Shown here one piece after another: positions 25,344 to 37,729 of a stretch of 64,000 bases of DNA. The DNA is from Phaeosaccion multiseriatum. Lineage: Eukaryota > Protista > Ochrophyta, other classes. The notes beneath the pieces are model-generated. The model saw nothing but the letters and a program-made list of their open reading frames with translations. It was not told the origin of the DNA and did no database searches. Both the position numbers and the translations under genes were made by a program. The stretch lies in contig OZ218957.1 of assembly GCA_965112735.1 (NCBI GenBank), forward strand, positions 3,410,001 to 3,474,000, written 5' to 3'. How positions within the stretch are numbered: the first letter of the stretch is position 1; each line of letters opens with the position of its first letter.

Positions 25344-26025
25344 AGAGGGAGAGCACAGAAATACAGAAGCACATACCACAGTTAAGGGGATAAGAAAAAA
25401 AAAAACCCCTTCCACACTGCTTCATAACAGGTGGACGGGCTTACTCACCTTGCCCGGCTGGATGCCCAGGTACCCACAAATGTCTTGGGACAGCTCCGGG
25501 TAGATGGATCCCCCAAACACGAGCAAGTTGTTCAGCTTGTCCACGCCTCGCGTGGGCTGAGTGAGTGGAAGTGGAGGCACGCACACAACCAATGAGAACA
25601 TTTTGACAGGGACATAGAGAGAGAGAGAGAGAGGCATGATGATGCAGATAGTTGAGGACCCACTCACCATGCCCTGGTAGTAGTGCCTTGGAGTCGGAAG
25701 GAGAGACGAGGGAGAACAACAGGGGAGAGAGGTACAAACTTTAGAATCAACATGTTTCATTCTCGGTGCCTATAGGTGAGACGTACCACTTCTTTGTCGT
25801 CTGCGCGTGCGGCGGAGAGTGAGCATGCACAACATTCCCTCGGTTCCTGATGCCAAAACTGCTACTGCTATTGTTGCTGCTGCTGCTGGCCCCCCCTTCC
25901 TCCTCGCCCCTTCCTCGCCGCGCGTCGCTCCATTCCCCCGCCAGCACTGCCGCGGCGATGCCCACAAGCACAGAGCTTCTTCCTGGGGCCTGTCCCCGAG
26001 TTATTCCAAAGAGGCTCGCCATCAT
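23128..26025 (-). CDS. PRS: Ribose-phosphate pyrophosphokinase (PRPP synthetase); multi-exon, last exon uncertain
   Basis: Exons read [55 protein letters not shown]|[17 protein letters not shown]|[26 protein letters not shown], and [11 protein letters not shown]. Confidence 0.93.
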
Positions 26026-26414
26026 CGAATCCGCAGGGCTCTTTAAAAGAGGGGAGAGAGAAGGAGAAAGGGGGTTTGGAGAGCAAGATTACGTAAGCTT
26101 ACCTGAATTTGAATTTCAGTAGTCGACCCCAATTTCTCGTTGATTTCAAAATCCTGTGTTGTGTGTCCCTCTTCTCTGCGTCTTCTCTCGTCTCTTCCCT
26201 GCCTCTACTTCGTTCCCCCCCCCCTCCTCTCTACACCTCTCTCGCCCCCACTCCCCTCCCTCTCTCAACTCTCTCCATCCCTCACTTTCTCTCTGCTCTG
26301 TTCTCTCTCTCTTTTCCCTCGTCCGCGTGCGTCGCGTGAACGTGGAGGGAAGAGAGATTGGCGCAAGGACAGACGCCCACTCTCTCTCTCCGGAAGCAGA
26401 GCGGGCGTGCACCA

Positions 26415-29400
26415 ATGGCAAGAAGGAAGGGCCCGGGTAGACGTGGCTTTTTGAGAAGGCCTCGCCCACCAACTGACAAGGCGGGAGTTTTCAAAATTTT
26501 GCCTCTGCTTGTGCTCCTGGGAGCGGCGACGGCACCCCCCAGGGCTGCCGCTGCTGCTGCTGGATATCACTATGCCGCCTTCGCTGGTCCGCAGCCTGTG
26601 CTCGGCCGGTTCGTTGCGGCCAAGGAGGACACCGAAGGATGGAAGTCCCCTTTCAAATGCGGAACGTGCAAACCTGATGCACGAGGGACCTTCCGCACCG
26701 ATACGCGGCGAAGGGTGACCGGGAGAGGCCTTGGACACCCAGGAAGGGAGACAGGCAACGGCCCGTCCCTGCTGCCGCCAGGCAAAAGCAACGGCAGGAG
26801 CAACAGCACGCTAAAGGCAGGGCTATTCGGAGGACTGATTCCGCAACGAACTGCCACTTTGCCCCGCGGCGCTGAGCCCTTCACTCTTGACTGTCCCTTG
26901 TTCGAGCTGCCCACGCCCTTCAACTCCGACGGAAGTATCGACTGGATGAGCCTAGCAGGGCTGCTGGAGTTCTGGAGCGAGGCGGGCGTGAAGGCGGTGC
27001 TGTGCAATGGCTTTGGCGTTGGAGAAGGACAGACCCTGACGGCCGAGGAGCGAACCAAGCTCTATCTCTTTGTGCGCAAGAAGTTCCAAGGCACTGTGGT
27101 GAGTGGCAAAAGATAGAGAGATGGGGGGGAGAGGATAGAGGAAGTGAGAGGAGGGAGGAGGGAGAGAGGAAGGGAGGGGCGTGAGAGAGGGGGAGGGAGG
27201 AGAGAGAGTGGCGAGAGAGAAAAGGAGAGCGCTGAGAAGCGACCACCTATTGCACTCAATCTGTGACCAGAAGGCCTTCATGGCAAGAATTTGTCATTTT
27301 CAAATATTTTGTTCTCCAGTGTCCGCCTGTGCACGCGTGGCACACGCACACACACCGCCCTTGACCCCAACCTCCCTTCCTCCTCCTGCGCCCCCTCCTA
27401 CCACCACTGCGCAGATCAACAACGTGAGTGCGTGCTCGGAGGGAGAGGTGGCCAAGTCCGCGGCCTTCAGTGCGGCAAACGTCGGAGGCCGTAGTGTTGA
27501 CGCATTGCTGCTGCTGCCACCCCTCCTCTTCCCCCTGCCCGACGACGGCTTGGAGGTGTGGTTCTCCAGGCTGCTCTCCCTCTGGCGCGAACCCACGCTC
27601 CTGTAAGTCAGCAACAATAACAACAACAAGGGAGAGGGGAGAGGAGAGAGGAGAGAGGAGAGGAGTTCTATCGTATGTGTGTGTGGGCCCACAGGAATGA
27701 ACACATGCCTGGGTTTGATCCTCTTTCATTTCTCTCCCGCCTCCTCTCTCTCCCTCTCTCCCTCTCTCCCTATCTCTCTCCCTGTCTGCCTGCCTATCTG
27801 CCTATCTGCCCGTCTGCCTGCCTATCGGCCTGCCTGACTCCGTGCCCTCTTGTCTTCCTCCCTCCCTGGTCCTCCCTGGCTGCCCTTTCATCTCCACTCC
27901 CCAGATACAACCTGCCCCTGACGGGCAACAGCATCTCCCCTGCCCTCTACGAGCGCCTTGCGAAGCGCTTTCCTCACGTGCGCGGAGTAGTGACGGCACC
28001 CAAGAGCAACGGCAGATACAGCACCATGAGCAGCATCAGGAGCAGCTACAGTGGGGTGGTGCAAGGAGGTGCGTCCAACAGACAGAAGTTTCCTTTCCTT
28101 CTTCCTTCCTTCCATCCTTCCTTCCTTCTTTCCTTCCTTCCTTCCTTCCTTCCTTCCTTCCTTCCTTCCTTCCTTCCTTCCTTCCTTCCTTCCTTCCTTC
28201 CTTCCTTCCTTCCTTCCTTCCTTCCTTCCTTCTTTCCTTCCTTCCTTCCTTCCTTCCTTCCTTCCTTCCTTCCTTCTTTCCTTCCTTCCTTCCTTCCTTC
28301 CTTCTTTCCTTCTTTCCTTCCTTCCTTCCTTCCTTCCCTCAATAGAGTCGACATGCCATATCGAGTCACAGCTGCCCTCCCCCCCATCACCAACCCCCCA
28401 ACCCCCATCCTCCTCTCACCCCCCGCTCGTCCCTCACCACCAAGGAGGAGCAGGAGGAGGAGAAGGGAAAGAGAGTGGCATGTTCGCCGATGCTCTCGCT
28501 CTGCAAGCGACAGACCCCTCCCTGCCCGTGCTCCTGGCGGGTGACGGTCTGTTCACCCCCCCCAAGGGCCTCGGGGCTGTGGTGGGGGTCGGAGGGAGCT
28601 GTCCAGAACTCGTGCTCCGTGCCGCCGCTGCCGGATCGGCGGCCGCAGCCGATTCAGCCGATTCAGCAGCTGCCGCCGCCCAAGGAAGCTCTGTGGGCTC
28701 TGTGTCTGGGGCGAAGCAGCAGGCCTTGGAGGACAGCGGTAAGAGGGGCTTGCTTTGCTCGCATTTCTTTAGTGTGCAGTTTCAGTTTGTGTTGGCAGGG
28801 TGGGGGCCTTGTCTTGCTTCTCACCTTCGCATCTCTCTCTCTCGGTCTCTGCCCTTGTTGTGCTTCTCACCCTCTATCGATCTCTCTATCCCTCTCTCTG
28901 TGTGTGTCTCTCTGTCGTGCTGGCCTCCGGTCCCTCTCTATCCCTCTCTGTCTCTTCGACCCCTATTTTTTGGCTTTGCTCAAATTGTTCGGTCTATCTC
29001 TGCGCTTTGCTGTTGGCACCTCGTGGCCGTTCCTCCCTCCCTCCCTCCCTCCCTCCCTCCCTCCCTCCCTCCCTCCCTCCCTCCCTCCCTCCCTCCCTCC
29101 CTCCCTCCCTCCCTCCCTCCCTCCCTCCCTCCCTCCCTCCCTCCCTCCCTCCCTCCCTCCCTCCCTCCCTCCCTCCCTCCCTCCCTCCCTCCCTCCCTCC
29201 CTCCCTCCCTCCCTCCCTCCCTCCCTCCCTCCCTCCCTCCCTCCCTCCCTCCCTCCCTCCCTCCCTCCCTCCCTCCCTCCCTCCCTCCCTCCCTCCCTCC
29301 CTCCCTCCCTCCCTCCCTCCCTCCCTCCCTCCCTCCCTCCCTCCCTCCCTCCCTGGCCTATTCTCATACACTCCCTCTTGTGCGCACCTCGCATCCGCCC

Positions 29401-32400
29401 CTCTGTTGCCTCTGCCCCCCTCGCCGTGCTGCCCTACGCCTCAGCCTACGCCTATCAGCTCGATGTCACAAGCGGGGGAGGACTGCCCTCCCTCAAGACT
29501 GCAATCAGCAAGCGAGTGCCTGGCTTCGGCCCTTACACTCGCCTCATTGAGTGTCCAGAGCCGCCCCGCATGGCAGGGACCGTCATGGAGGAACGCCAAG
29601 AGGAGGAGCCTCCGCTGATGGGAGAGGCATTCGGCCCGGAGGAGGCCTCTCCCACCGAAACGCTCGAAACGCCGATGCGCGAGGGAGGCGCCGGGGGGAG
29701 GAGTGAGAAGAGGTCCAGACGAGCAGCAGCAGCAGCAGAAGAAGAAGAAGAAGTGGAATCACCACTATTCGTACCCACGGAGGTAGTGACTCCGACGGAG
29801 GCTGCTGCTGGTTCTGGTGGTGCTGCTGGCACCGCTGCTACTGCTGGTGGTGGTACTGGTGCTGCTGCCCCTCCTCCTGCGGCCCATACCCACACGCCTC
29901 ACCGGCCGAAGGGATACGTGGTCGAATCCGTCGTCGACTCCCGTGATCCCCGACCTCCCTCAGACCCTGCCCAACAGGCCAATGTGAATGTGGTGTGGGG
30001 GGACAGGAACGGACAGACGGTATTCAACGGCAGCGGCAGGGGTAGCGGCAGGGGCAGCGGCGTCGCCAGGGACACTAACAGTGGCGGCAACATGTATCGA
30101 CCGTCGGGGTACGGGGTGGATGCGAAGGTCGAGGCGCAGGCCGAGGCGATACGAGAGAGGGAAGCACGCCTGGCGGAGCAAGCCGAGCAGGAGCGGCAGT
30201 GGAAGAAGGAGCTCGAGGAGCAGCGGAAGGAGGAGGAAGAGCGGCGGAAGATGGTGGGGCGTGCGCAGAGACAGCAGGCAGAGGCCTGGAAGAAGCAGCT
30301 CAAGGAGCAACGGGACGCGGAGCAGGCGCGGCAGAAAGAGCTCTGGGAGCAGCAGCAGAAGGCGATTCAGGAGCAGCAGCTGCAGTTGGCGTTTCAGGAG
30401 GAGAAGCAGCGGCAGCAGCAGTTGAAGATTCGAGAGCAGCAGCAGCAGTTGGTGAAGGAGGAGGAGCAGCGGCAGCAGAAGTTATTCCAGCAAGAGAAGC
30501 AGCTGCAGAAGGAGTTGGCCGAACAGCTGAAGCAGCAAAAAATGGCGAAAGAGAAGCAGCAGCAACACTTGGCGATACAGGAGGAGAAGCAGCGGCTGCA
30601 GCAGTTGGTGATCAAGAAGAAGGAGGAGCAATTGACCAAGAAGGAACAGGAACGGCAGCAACAGTTGGCGAAGGAGGCGGAGAAACAGCAGGAGCAGTTG
30701 GCGAAACTGGAGGAGAAGCAGCAGGAGCAGCTGGCGAAACTGGAGGAGAAGCAGCGGCAGCAGCAGAGGGCCATCGAGGAGGAGAAGAAGCGGGTGAAGG
30801 AGCTGGCAAGGCAGGAGGAGGAGCGCCTGCAGCAGTTGGCCAAGCAGGAGAAGCAGCGCCAGAAGGAGTTGACCAAACTGGAGGAGAAGCAGAAGCAGCA
30901 GGAGTTGGCCATACAGAAGCAGCAGCAGCAGCTGGCCAAGCAGGAGGAGTTGCGGCAGCAGCAAGCAGCGAAGGATTTGGCGAGACTGGAGGAGAAGCAG
31001 CGGCAGCAGCAGTTGGAGATACAAAAGCAGCAGGACCAGCTGGCGAAGCAAGAGGAGGAGCGACTGCAAGTTTTGGCGAAGCTGGAGGAGGAGCAGCGCC
31101 GGCAGAAGCAGCTGGTGATGGAGGAAAAGCAACGGGTGAAGGAGTTGGCCAAACAGGAGGAGGAGCTGCAGAAACAGAAGCAACAGCAGCTGTTGGCGAT
31201 TCAGGAGCAGCAGCAGCAGTTGGCGAAACAGGAGCAGCAGCGGCAGATGGAGCTGGCGAGAAAGGAGCAGTTGGTCATACAGGGGGAGCAGCAGCAGCGG
31301 CAGAAGCAGTTAGCCATCGAAGCGCAGAAGCAGAAGCAGCAGCAGCTGGCCATTGAGGAGGAGAAGCAGCGACTGCAGACGCTGATGGAAGAGGAGGAGC
31401 AGCAGCGGAAGCAGCAGCAGCTGGCCATCGAGGAGGAGAAGCAGCGGCTGCAGAAACTGATGGAAGAGGAGGAGCAGCAGCGGCAGGAGAAGAAGTTGGC
31501 CCTGGAGGAGCAGGAGCGGCGGCAAACGTTGGCGAAAAAGGAGCAGCTGGCGATACAGGGGGGGTTGAAGGAGCGCCAGCAGCAATTGGCCATACAGGAG
31601 GAGGAGCAGAAGCAGCGGCAGCGCGCGATAGAGGAACAGCAGCAGCTGCTGGCGAAGCAGGAGGAGCAACGACAGCAGCAGTTGGCCGTACAGGAGGAGC
31701 AGCGACAGCAAGAATTGGCCATCGAGGAGGAGAAGAAGCGGGTAAAGGAGTTGCTCATTGCGGAGGAGAAGCAGCGAATCGCGGAAGAGAAAAAGCAACA
31801 GGAGCAGTTGGCGATTCAGGAGGAGGAGCAGCGGCAGCACCAGCTGAGGATACTACAGGAGGCGCAGCAACGGCGACAAGAGATGGCCAAAGAGGAGGAG
31901 CAGCAGCGCAGGAGGAATTCAGAGTCCGCCTTGGAGGGTCTGATGAAGGAGCAACGCCTCAAGGAGAAGCAAAGCAAGGCGGCGAGACAACCCACACACT
32001 ACCCCAGACCCCGCTACGGAAGGTACACCCCGGGCGAGGAAGCCGACGCCGCAGCAGCTGCCACCGCCACCGACCGCACGAGACGACCCGCCACAGAGCG
32101 CAGGGGCCGAGGCCGGAGTGCGGATTTCCCGGCAGGTACGTTCGTACGTTTCAGTTCTGGTTATGACCATAGTAGCTGGTTGGGTAGGTTTACACTGCGT
32201 TTCTGTGCCCTCTGCCCGTTGCCCCGGCCTTTGGCTTTGCCCCTTTGTTGTGTGTGTCGCCACAGCGCCCTGCCCTCACCAACTGCTTCTATCTGTTCAC
32301 CTGTATCACCAACCGCTGTATGTGTATCACGTCCAACAGCTCCCCGAACGGCCACTGCCACCGCCACCGCCAGGAGGGGCTCAGCGGTCGGCTCCGAGGA

Positions 32401-32626
32401 TGGCAGCAACACGTACCGCGAGAAAGAGCTCGAGATCTTCTTCAGTTCCAAGGGTATTGAAGGGCAGGACGCGGACTCCTTCGATTGGATATCGCTCCGC
32501 AAGTCCAGTAATGTGTACGAAGAGTATCAGCAGCGCATGGGGAGGGAGAGGAGGGGCAAGAGGAGTGCGTCCAAGGCGACCAGCAGCAGCAGCGGCAGCC
32601 GTAGCAATAGCTACAGGGGTTGGTGA
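26415..32626 (+). CDS. DapA/DHDPS-like TIM-barrel protein (catalytic residues absent) fused to a ~600-aa Q/E/K/R coiled coil
   Basis: LPTPFNSDGSIDW..GVKAVLCNG..GEGQTLTAEER, DALLLLPP, LL|YNLPLTGNSISP..LAKRFPHVRGV, LLAGDG and LKTAISKR. The open frame continues into the 30130-31980 coiled-coil repeat. Confidence 0.75.
29032..29354. repeat. (CCCT)n microsatellite in intron; similar arrays at ~46550-46895, ~50030-50245, ~58793-58925, ~62617-62748
   Basis: Direct reading of uninterrupted CCCT units. Confidence 0.98.
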
Positions 32627-34067
32627 TACAGTGTAAAGAAAGAAAGAAAGGAAGGAAGCAGAGTTAAGTAGTTAGTAGGTACTGCCGCTGCCGTTATCGT
32701 TAAGGTTAGCAGCAGCGCAGTTGTAGCAGTTAAAGGGGGGTGGCGCCCCCTCGGGTCTGGATCCAGGGGTTGAACCCCACTGGCAGGGCACATCTCGTTA
32801 TCTGTTGTCATCTGTCGTCATCGCTTTCGCAGGCTGTTATTTTCAAGGCGTCTCTAACATTCGCGCCCCACCATAATGTAATGGTGTTAAATTTAATTAT
32901 ATTTTTTATTTCCCTTTCCTCACCACACCACTGTTAGATCCGAGCCAGACAAATAGAGGGTCCCGCAGCGTCCTTGTCTGCTGCTCCTGCTGCTGCCCCT
33001 CCCTCTCTCCTCTCTCCCCTCTCCTGCTGCTCCCCCTCCCTCTGTCCCCTCTCCTCTCTCCTGCTGCTGTGCCGAACCGGCGGGCTCACATATTCTATGT
33101 CATGCATCATGCCAGTCAACTCTTTGCTTCTCAGGTTGATTCCAATAAGTCAATAAATAGCCGTGCCGCTCCCATCCAGTCTGAGATGGTGTGCCTCGAC
33201 TCAAGAAAGTCAGTTGCTCAACAGTGTGTGTGATCCAGACCCCTTCACTGCCACCCCCCTCCCCATCCACTGCCATCCTTCTCCTCGCCCTCGCTGCTGA
33301 CCGCGAAGGTGGAAAAGTCCCAGAAAGTCCCGGGCCCGTCTGTTGCCATCCCCTCTGGCCTCCGCCTGGAGCACTCGTAGGTCCAGTCGCCGCCAACGGC
33401 TGCCAAAAGGCCAAAGAAAGCCGCCCCTCTGACCTGGCTGATGCCCCTGACGCGACTGCTCCTCTACCGCAGCATCGCCAGCTGTGAAGCCCTCGACTCC
33501 GGCCCTATCCGAAGCGGCGTGGGCGCTGGCCTGCGGGCCAATTGCGCTGAAACTGAAAACTCCTCTGCCTCATACAAGAAGTGTCGTCTGCCATTGAGTC
33601 TATCGGGCTGAGAAGGAGGCCCCCTCTCTCTGAGTGAAGCAAAGAAGTGCCACACGGCCAACTGCGCGTTTGCCTCCTTCTTCCGCTCCCATCCGAGAGA
33701 GAGAGAAAGAGAGGGGGCTTTCTCGCTTCGTACGCCCCTCTCGCTTGCGTTGCAAGCCCCACTCGCTTGCCCAGGAAGTCCCACTCTGCCCCCCCCCCCC
33801 CTCACGCCCGCCCGCCCACCCACAGGAGCCCGCGTCCGCGCCTCCCTCTGGCCTGCTTGTCCGCCTCCCTCTGGCCTGCTTGTCCCAAGCAGACGGTGAT
33901 GCAACACCACGTGCCGCTTCCTCCGTTCTCCGGCGCTCATTGACTCATTGACTGATTGACTGAGCATCGGACTGGACTGGACTGGACTGGGCTGAGGAGA
34001 GAGGAGAGCTCTAATCAAGCAATCCATGAATCAACCACAGCGGAGTGCGGGGCGGAGCTTCTTGGCT

Positions 34068-35932
34068 TCATTCGGCATCGTCGAATTGACCGTCCTCCTG
34101 CGGTACTTCTGCTGATGAACGCACACACAAGCCACGGAAAGGAGGTGGGAGATGACACATACACAGAGAGAGAGGGAAGAGCAGGAAGAGAGAGAGCAGC
34201 GAGAGACAGAAGAGAGACAAAGCCAGAGAGAGAGAGCAGGGAGAGACAAGGACAGCAGAGTGGTGCTGAGAAGGGGCCTGAATTGAGTCACAATCCTTCC
34301 CCTCACTCACTCGCTTCAGTCACCCACACTCGTTCCACTCACTCACCCACTCACTCACTCACTCACCGGAGCCTGCTGCACCTGTTGCCCCACCGTCGTC
34401 GCCCTCTGTGAATACCAGGACTCGATCAAGATGGTCCAAGACGGCCTGCTGCTCTATGCCCAGTCCCTCCCTGCCCCCCTCCATGAGACTGTGCATGTGT
34501 TGCATCATACCCTCTTCGTCGAAGATGAGCTCGTCGCCCTCCTCCACGCCCTCCTGCCACAGGTAGGGCAGTTGGTGATACAGCAGAAAATGGTGATACG
34601 ACAGCCGCAAGTGGTGATGCACGAGCCATTGTTGGTGATGCAGCATAAACGTGAAATGCAAGGAGGTTAAACAAACTGAAACTCCCTCACCTGCAGGTCC
34701 GGGTTGAGCTCTGCGGCGCGTGAGAAAGCGTCAAACATGTCGGGAAGCAGCGCCTCATCGGAGGGGGCGAAGAATGCCTCCTGGAGAGTCTCGCCTGCGT
34801 CCAGCTGGGGACGAGGAGGGAGGAGGGAGGAGTCAGAAAAGGAGGAGGACAGAAGACAAGTCTCTCTACGAAAGCCCTTCTCCTTCTCCAGCGGATTCCA
34901 TCAAATTGAATCCGCGTCCCGTTCGCACAGCTGTAACATGATTTCGCCTTGGTTTCGCTTTGATTTCGCTTTGGCGTGAGAAAGCGGAGGCGAGGTCGGG
35001 CAGCCCATTAATTGCCACTCACTCACCACTCACTCACTCACTCACTGACTCACTCACCCACTCACTCACTCACTCACTCACTCAGTCACTCACTCACGCA
35101 CTCACTCACCTGGCAGTAAATGCAGGGCAAGGGGTAGGTGGATGGGTCTCTGGAGACGGCGTGCAGACAGATGTATGGCACGTCAAAGTCCAGTGCGTCG
35201 GGGCTCTCCTCCCTGCCTGTACTCTCCTCCCTGATCCAGCCTGTGCTATCCTCCCTGCCGTCCTGTGCATCACCGCCGTCGCCAGCTGAGTGCGCCTCTC
35301 CCAGCCACACCACGCGCCGTGAGGTGATAACGAGCTTTCCCATTGAGGACTGCAGCACAGAGTACCCCTGCTCGGGCGGTGAGCTATGGCTATCACTGTT
35401 ACTATCACTATGACCCTCACTATCACTGGAGCTGTGGGTGTGACCGTTCGCGTTCCCATTGAGTTGGGCATCGTCTAGAGGAGGAGGCGGAGGCATCACT
35501 GCTGCTCCTGGTGAGTCTGCTGCTGCTGCTACTGCTGCTGATGATGAGGTGATGATGGCGACGCCTCCCGCACCGTCGTCGGGGAGGGTGCCTTCGGACT
35601 TGATGCAGCAAGTAACTCCCTCGCACGTGTATAGGATCTCTTCACCCTAACACGGGACAAGGAATGACGAGAGGAAAGGAGAAGGGGAGGGAGAGAAGAG
35701 GTAGCGGTGGTTTGGGGATTGCAAATAGGGATGCTTGTTTTTGTGCATTCAGCCAGCACTCATAGAGGGTCAATCCTCCAGCACCCAAAGAAGGAGAGAA
35801 AAAACACCCCCCCTCCGTATTTCTGTGTGGTGGTTCTTCTGCACTCACCTCATCTTCGTCCAGGGCGGGCAGGGTGCCTGTCTCGTCTCTCTCGCAAGTA
35901 AACCTCAGTGTCGGCTCTGGAGGTCCGAACAT
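34068..35932 (-). CDS. CLNS1A: Methylosome subunit pICln / chloride conductance regulatory protein ICln (Voldacs domain); 5 exons
   Basis: GKLVITSRRVVWL, FDVPYICLHAVSRDPSTYPLPCIYCQ|L, FAPSDEALLPDMFDAFSRAAELNPD, and C-terminal GQFDDAE*, all typical of pICln. Confidence 0.9.
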
Positions 35933-37324
35933 CGCGTTGCAAACACCGCTGCGCTGCTACTTCTTTGGCTTCTTCTGCTTCTCTTTGTGGGGGACGCAAA
36001 AAGTGGGGGAGGGGTAGCAGTCGCCAACCTGTTAGAAATAGCACCAACTGGTCAACTAGCTTTCCCTTACATTCTGGAAGAGGGGCAGCAGTCATTCGGA
36101 AAAAGCCTCGTACGTGATCCTCGCACGCCCACGACGCAGGGTGGAAGCCGGGCGGGCAATGGGCGGCGCAGGGGCCACATGTTGCGCCGTCTACATCGCA
36201 CCTCTCCGGGGCGGTCGACCCGTCCGCAGGGCCGAGTCTTCTTTTGTCCTGGTTGATGATGGAGCAGTGAATGGACTCATGAGCGTGATCGAAGTGGAGG
36301 TGGTAGCCTACTGCGCAGAAGGCCGCCGCTGCCCCCGCCCCGAGCCTCTCAATGGCCTCTGTGGCGGACACAGCAGCAGCAGCAGCAGTTGGTGGCGCGG
36401 TGGCACGCACGGCAGCCGTAGGAGGGGTAGTCCCGGCGCCTCTCTTACTGGGGTGAGGGAAGGAGGAGGAAGCTTCTTCCATATGCGCAGCGGCAGAGTC
36501 AGCCTCCTCGGTTGCGTGGGCGGAGGAGGGGATGGGAGAGGACAGGCTGCGCTCCTCAAGCGCTTCTGCTAGTGCTCAGCCCTGTTGGGTTCCTGGTGCT
36601 GCTGCTCCCCGTCACGGTCATCCTCCTGGTCTTCGGCTTCGCAGCTTCCGTCGGTTCTGAAATCGACTAGCTACGAGACCGGGGAAGTGGCAATGATACC
36701 TTAAGCTGACTAAGCAGGGGTCCCACGATTGCTGCTCTTGCTCTTGTCCGCTCTCTGCATCCGTGGGGGCGTGCACCAGACGGCTAGCTAGGCTAAGGGA
36801 GACTGAAGGGGCGCCGCGTGAGTCTCCTTGGTGTCACCGTCTCCTCACCTCCGGATGTCGATGGGAAACGTGCAATCGACGTCCAAGATGACGCACTCGT
36901 TGGACTAGGTGCAAGACGTGGGGTGGAGCGGAGCGGGGCAGAAGGCACTTGGAGGCGTGGATCCATCCCAGACCGAATCAGCCACTGGCCCGCACTGCCC
37001 CCCTCTTCCCCCTACCCCGCCACCAAATGCAGCTCGCGTTTGATGTGAGGTGGCACAAGGCCATCCGCCTGCCTGGATAGCATTGGGACTGACTGGCTGG
37101 CACCACCTCCATGATTGGCGACGCCCTCTCCGCTTGTTGTCGCCTTGATGGCGAGAGCGCCAGGACGCACCGAAGCCCAAGAGCCTCTCGTTTCTTCCTC
37201 TGGTGGCTGGGGAGCGAGGAAGCTTTTCCGCTTCGAAGTGTAGCTAGCTACTACCTCCCTCTTTGTCAAGAAGCTCTCCTACTGAAGTCTTGGGAGGGAA
37301 GAACACCTATTATACGACACACCA

Positions 37325-37399
37325 TCGACCCTGGACAAGATTACGGTGTGCGCCGAGTAGTCAGGCCGGCTGGCGCCGGTCATAATCAATCAGTTATCA
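37325..37399. mobile_element. Truncated left end of the TCGACCCTGGACAAG MITE family, interrupted by the 8.36-kb transposon
   Basis: TCGACCCTGGACAAGATTACGGTGTGCGCC matches 5718-5747 with 2 mismatches. It is followed by GGCCGGCTGGCGCC and AATCAGTTATCA, and continues as TTATCAGGCC after 45755. Confidence 0.8.
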
Positions 37400-37430
37400 T
37401 CGACCCCTGACGTGCTATTATGCTATCTGC

Positions 37431-37560
37431 GATAGCATGCTATTGGGCGCCCCGGCGCCCAATAGCATGCTATTTGCACTCGGCGAATAGCAGATAGCAC
37501 GCCGGCTGGCGCCGGCGAATAGCAGATAGCACGCCCCGTCGCGCCGGCGATAGCAGACGC
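37431..37560. repeat. Left subterminal repeats of the transposon (ATAGCAGATAGCAC / GCCGGCTGGCGCCGGC) including a 20-bp-stem palindrome
   Basis: ATAGCATGCTATTGGGCGCC-CC-GGCGCCCAATAGCATGCTAT at 37432-37473, followed by ~31-bp repeat units. Confidence 0.9.
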
Positions 37561-37729
37561 CCTGCGACAGCCTTTCCACTCCTAGCTGCCTGCCTAATCA
37601 GCATACGTCGAGCGCAGAGAGTATGCGAGCCTTCAGTCTTATATTACCAATACAATGGTGGCTGGGCGAACCTTGGCGTTCCCCTCTCCCCCCATCTCCC
37701 TCTCTCGCGAGGCAGCCATCTCTCCTTCA

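Noticed and set aside
28051-29618. Long ORFs reading (PSLP)n/(GREG)n/(PSFL)n here and at 46343-47145, 49922-50313, 58452-59183, 62504-63426
   Set aside because: These are stop-free translations of intronic CCCT/CCTT/CCT microsatellites.
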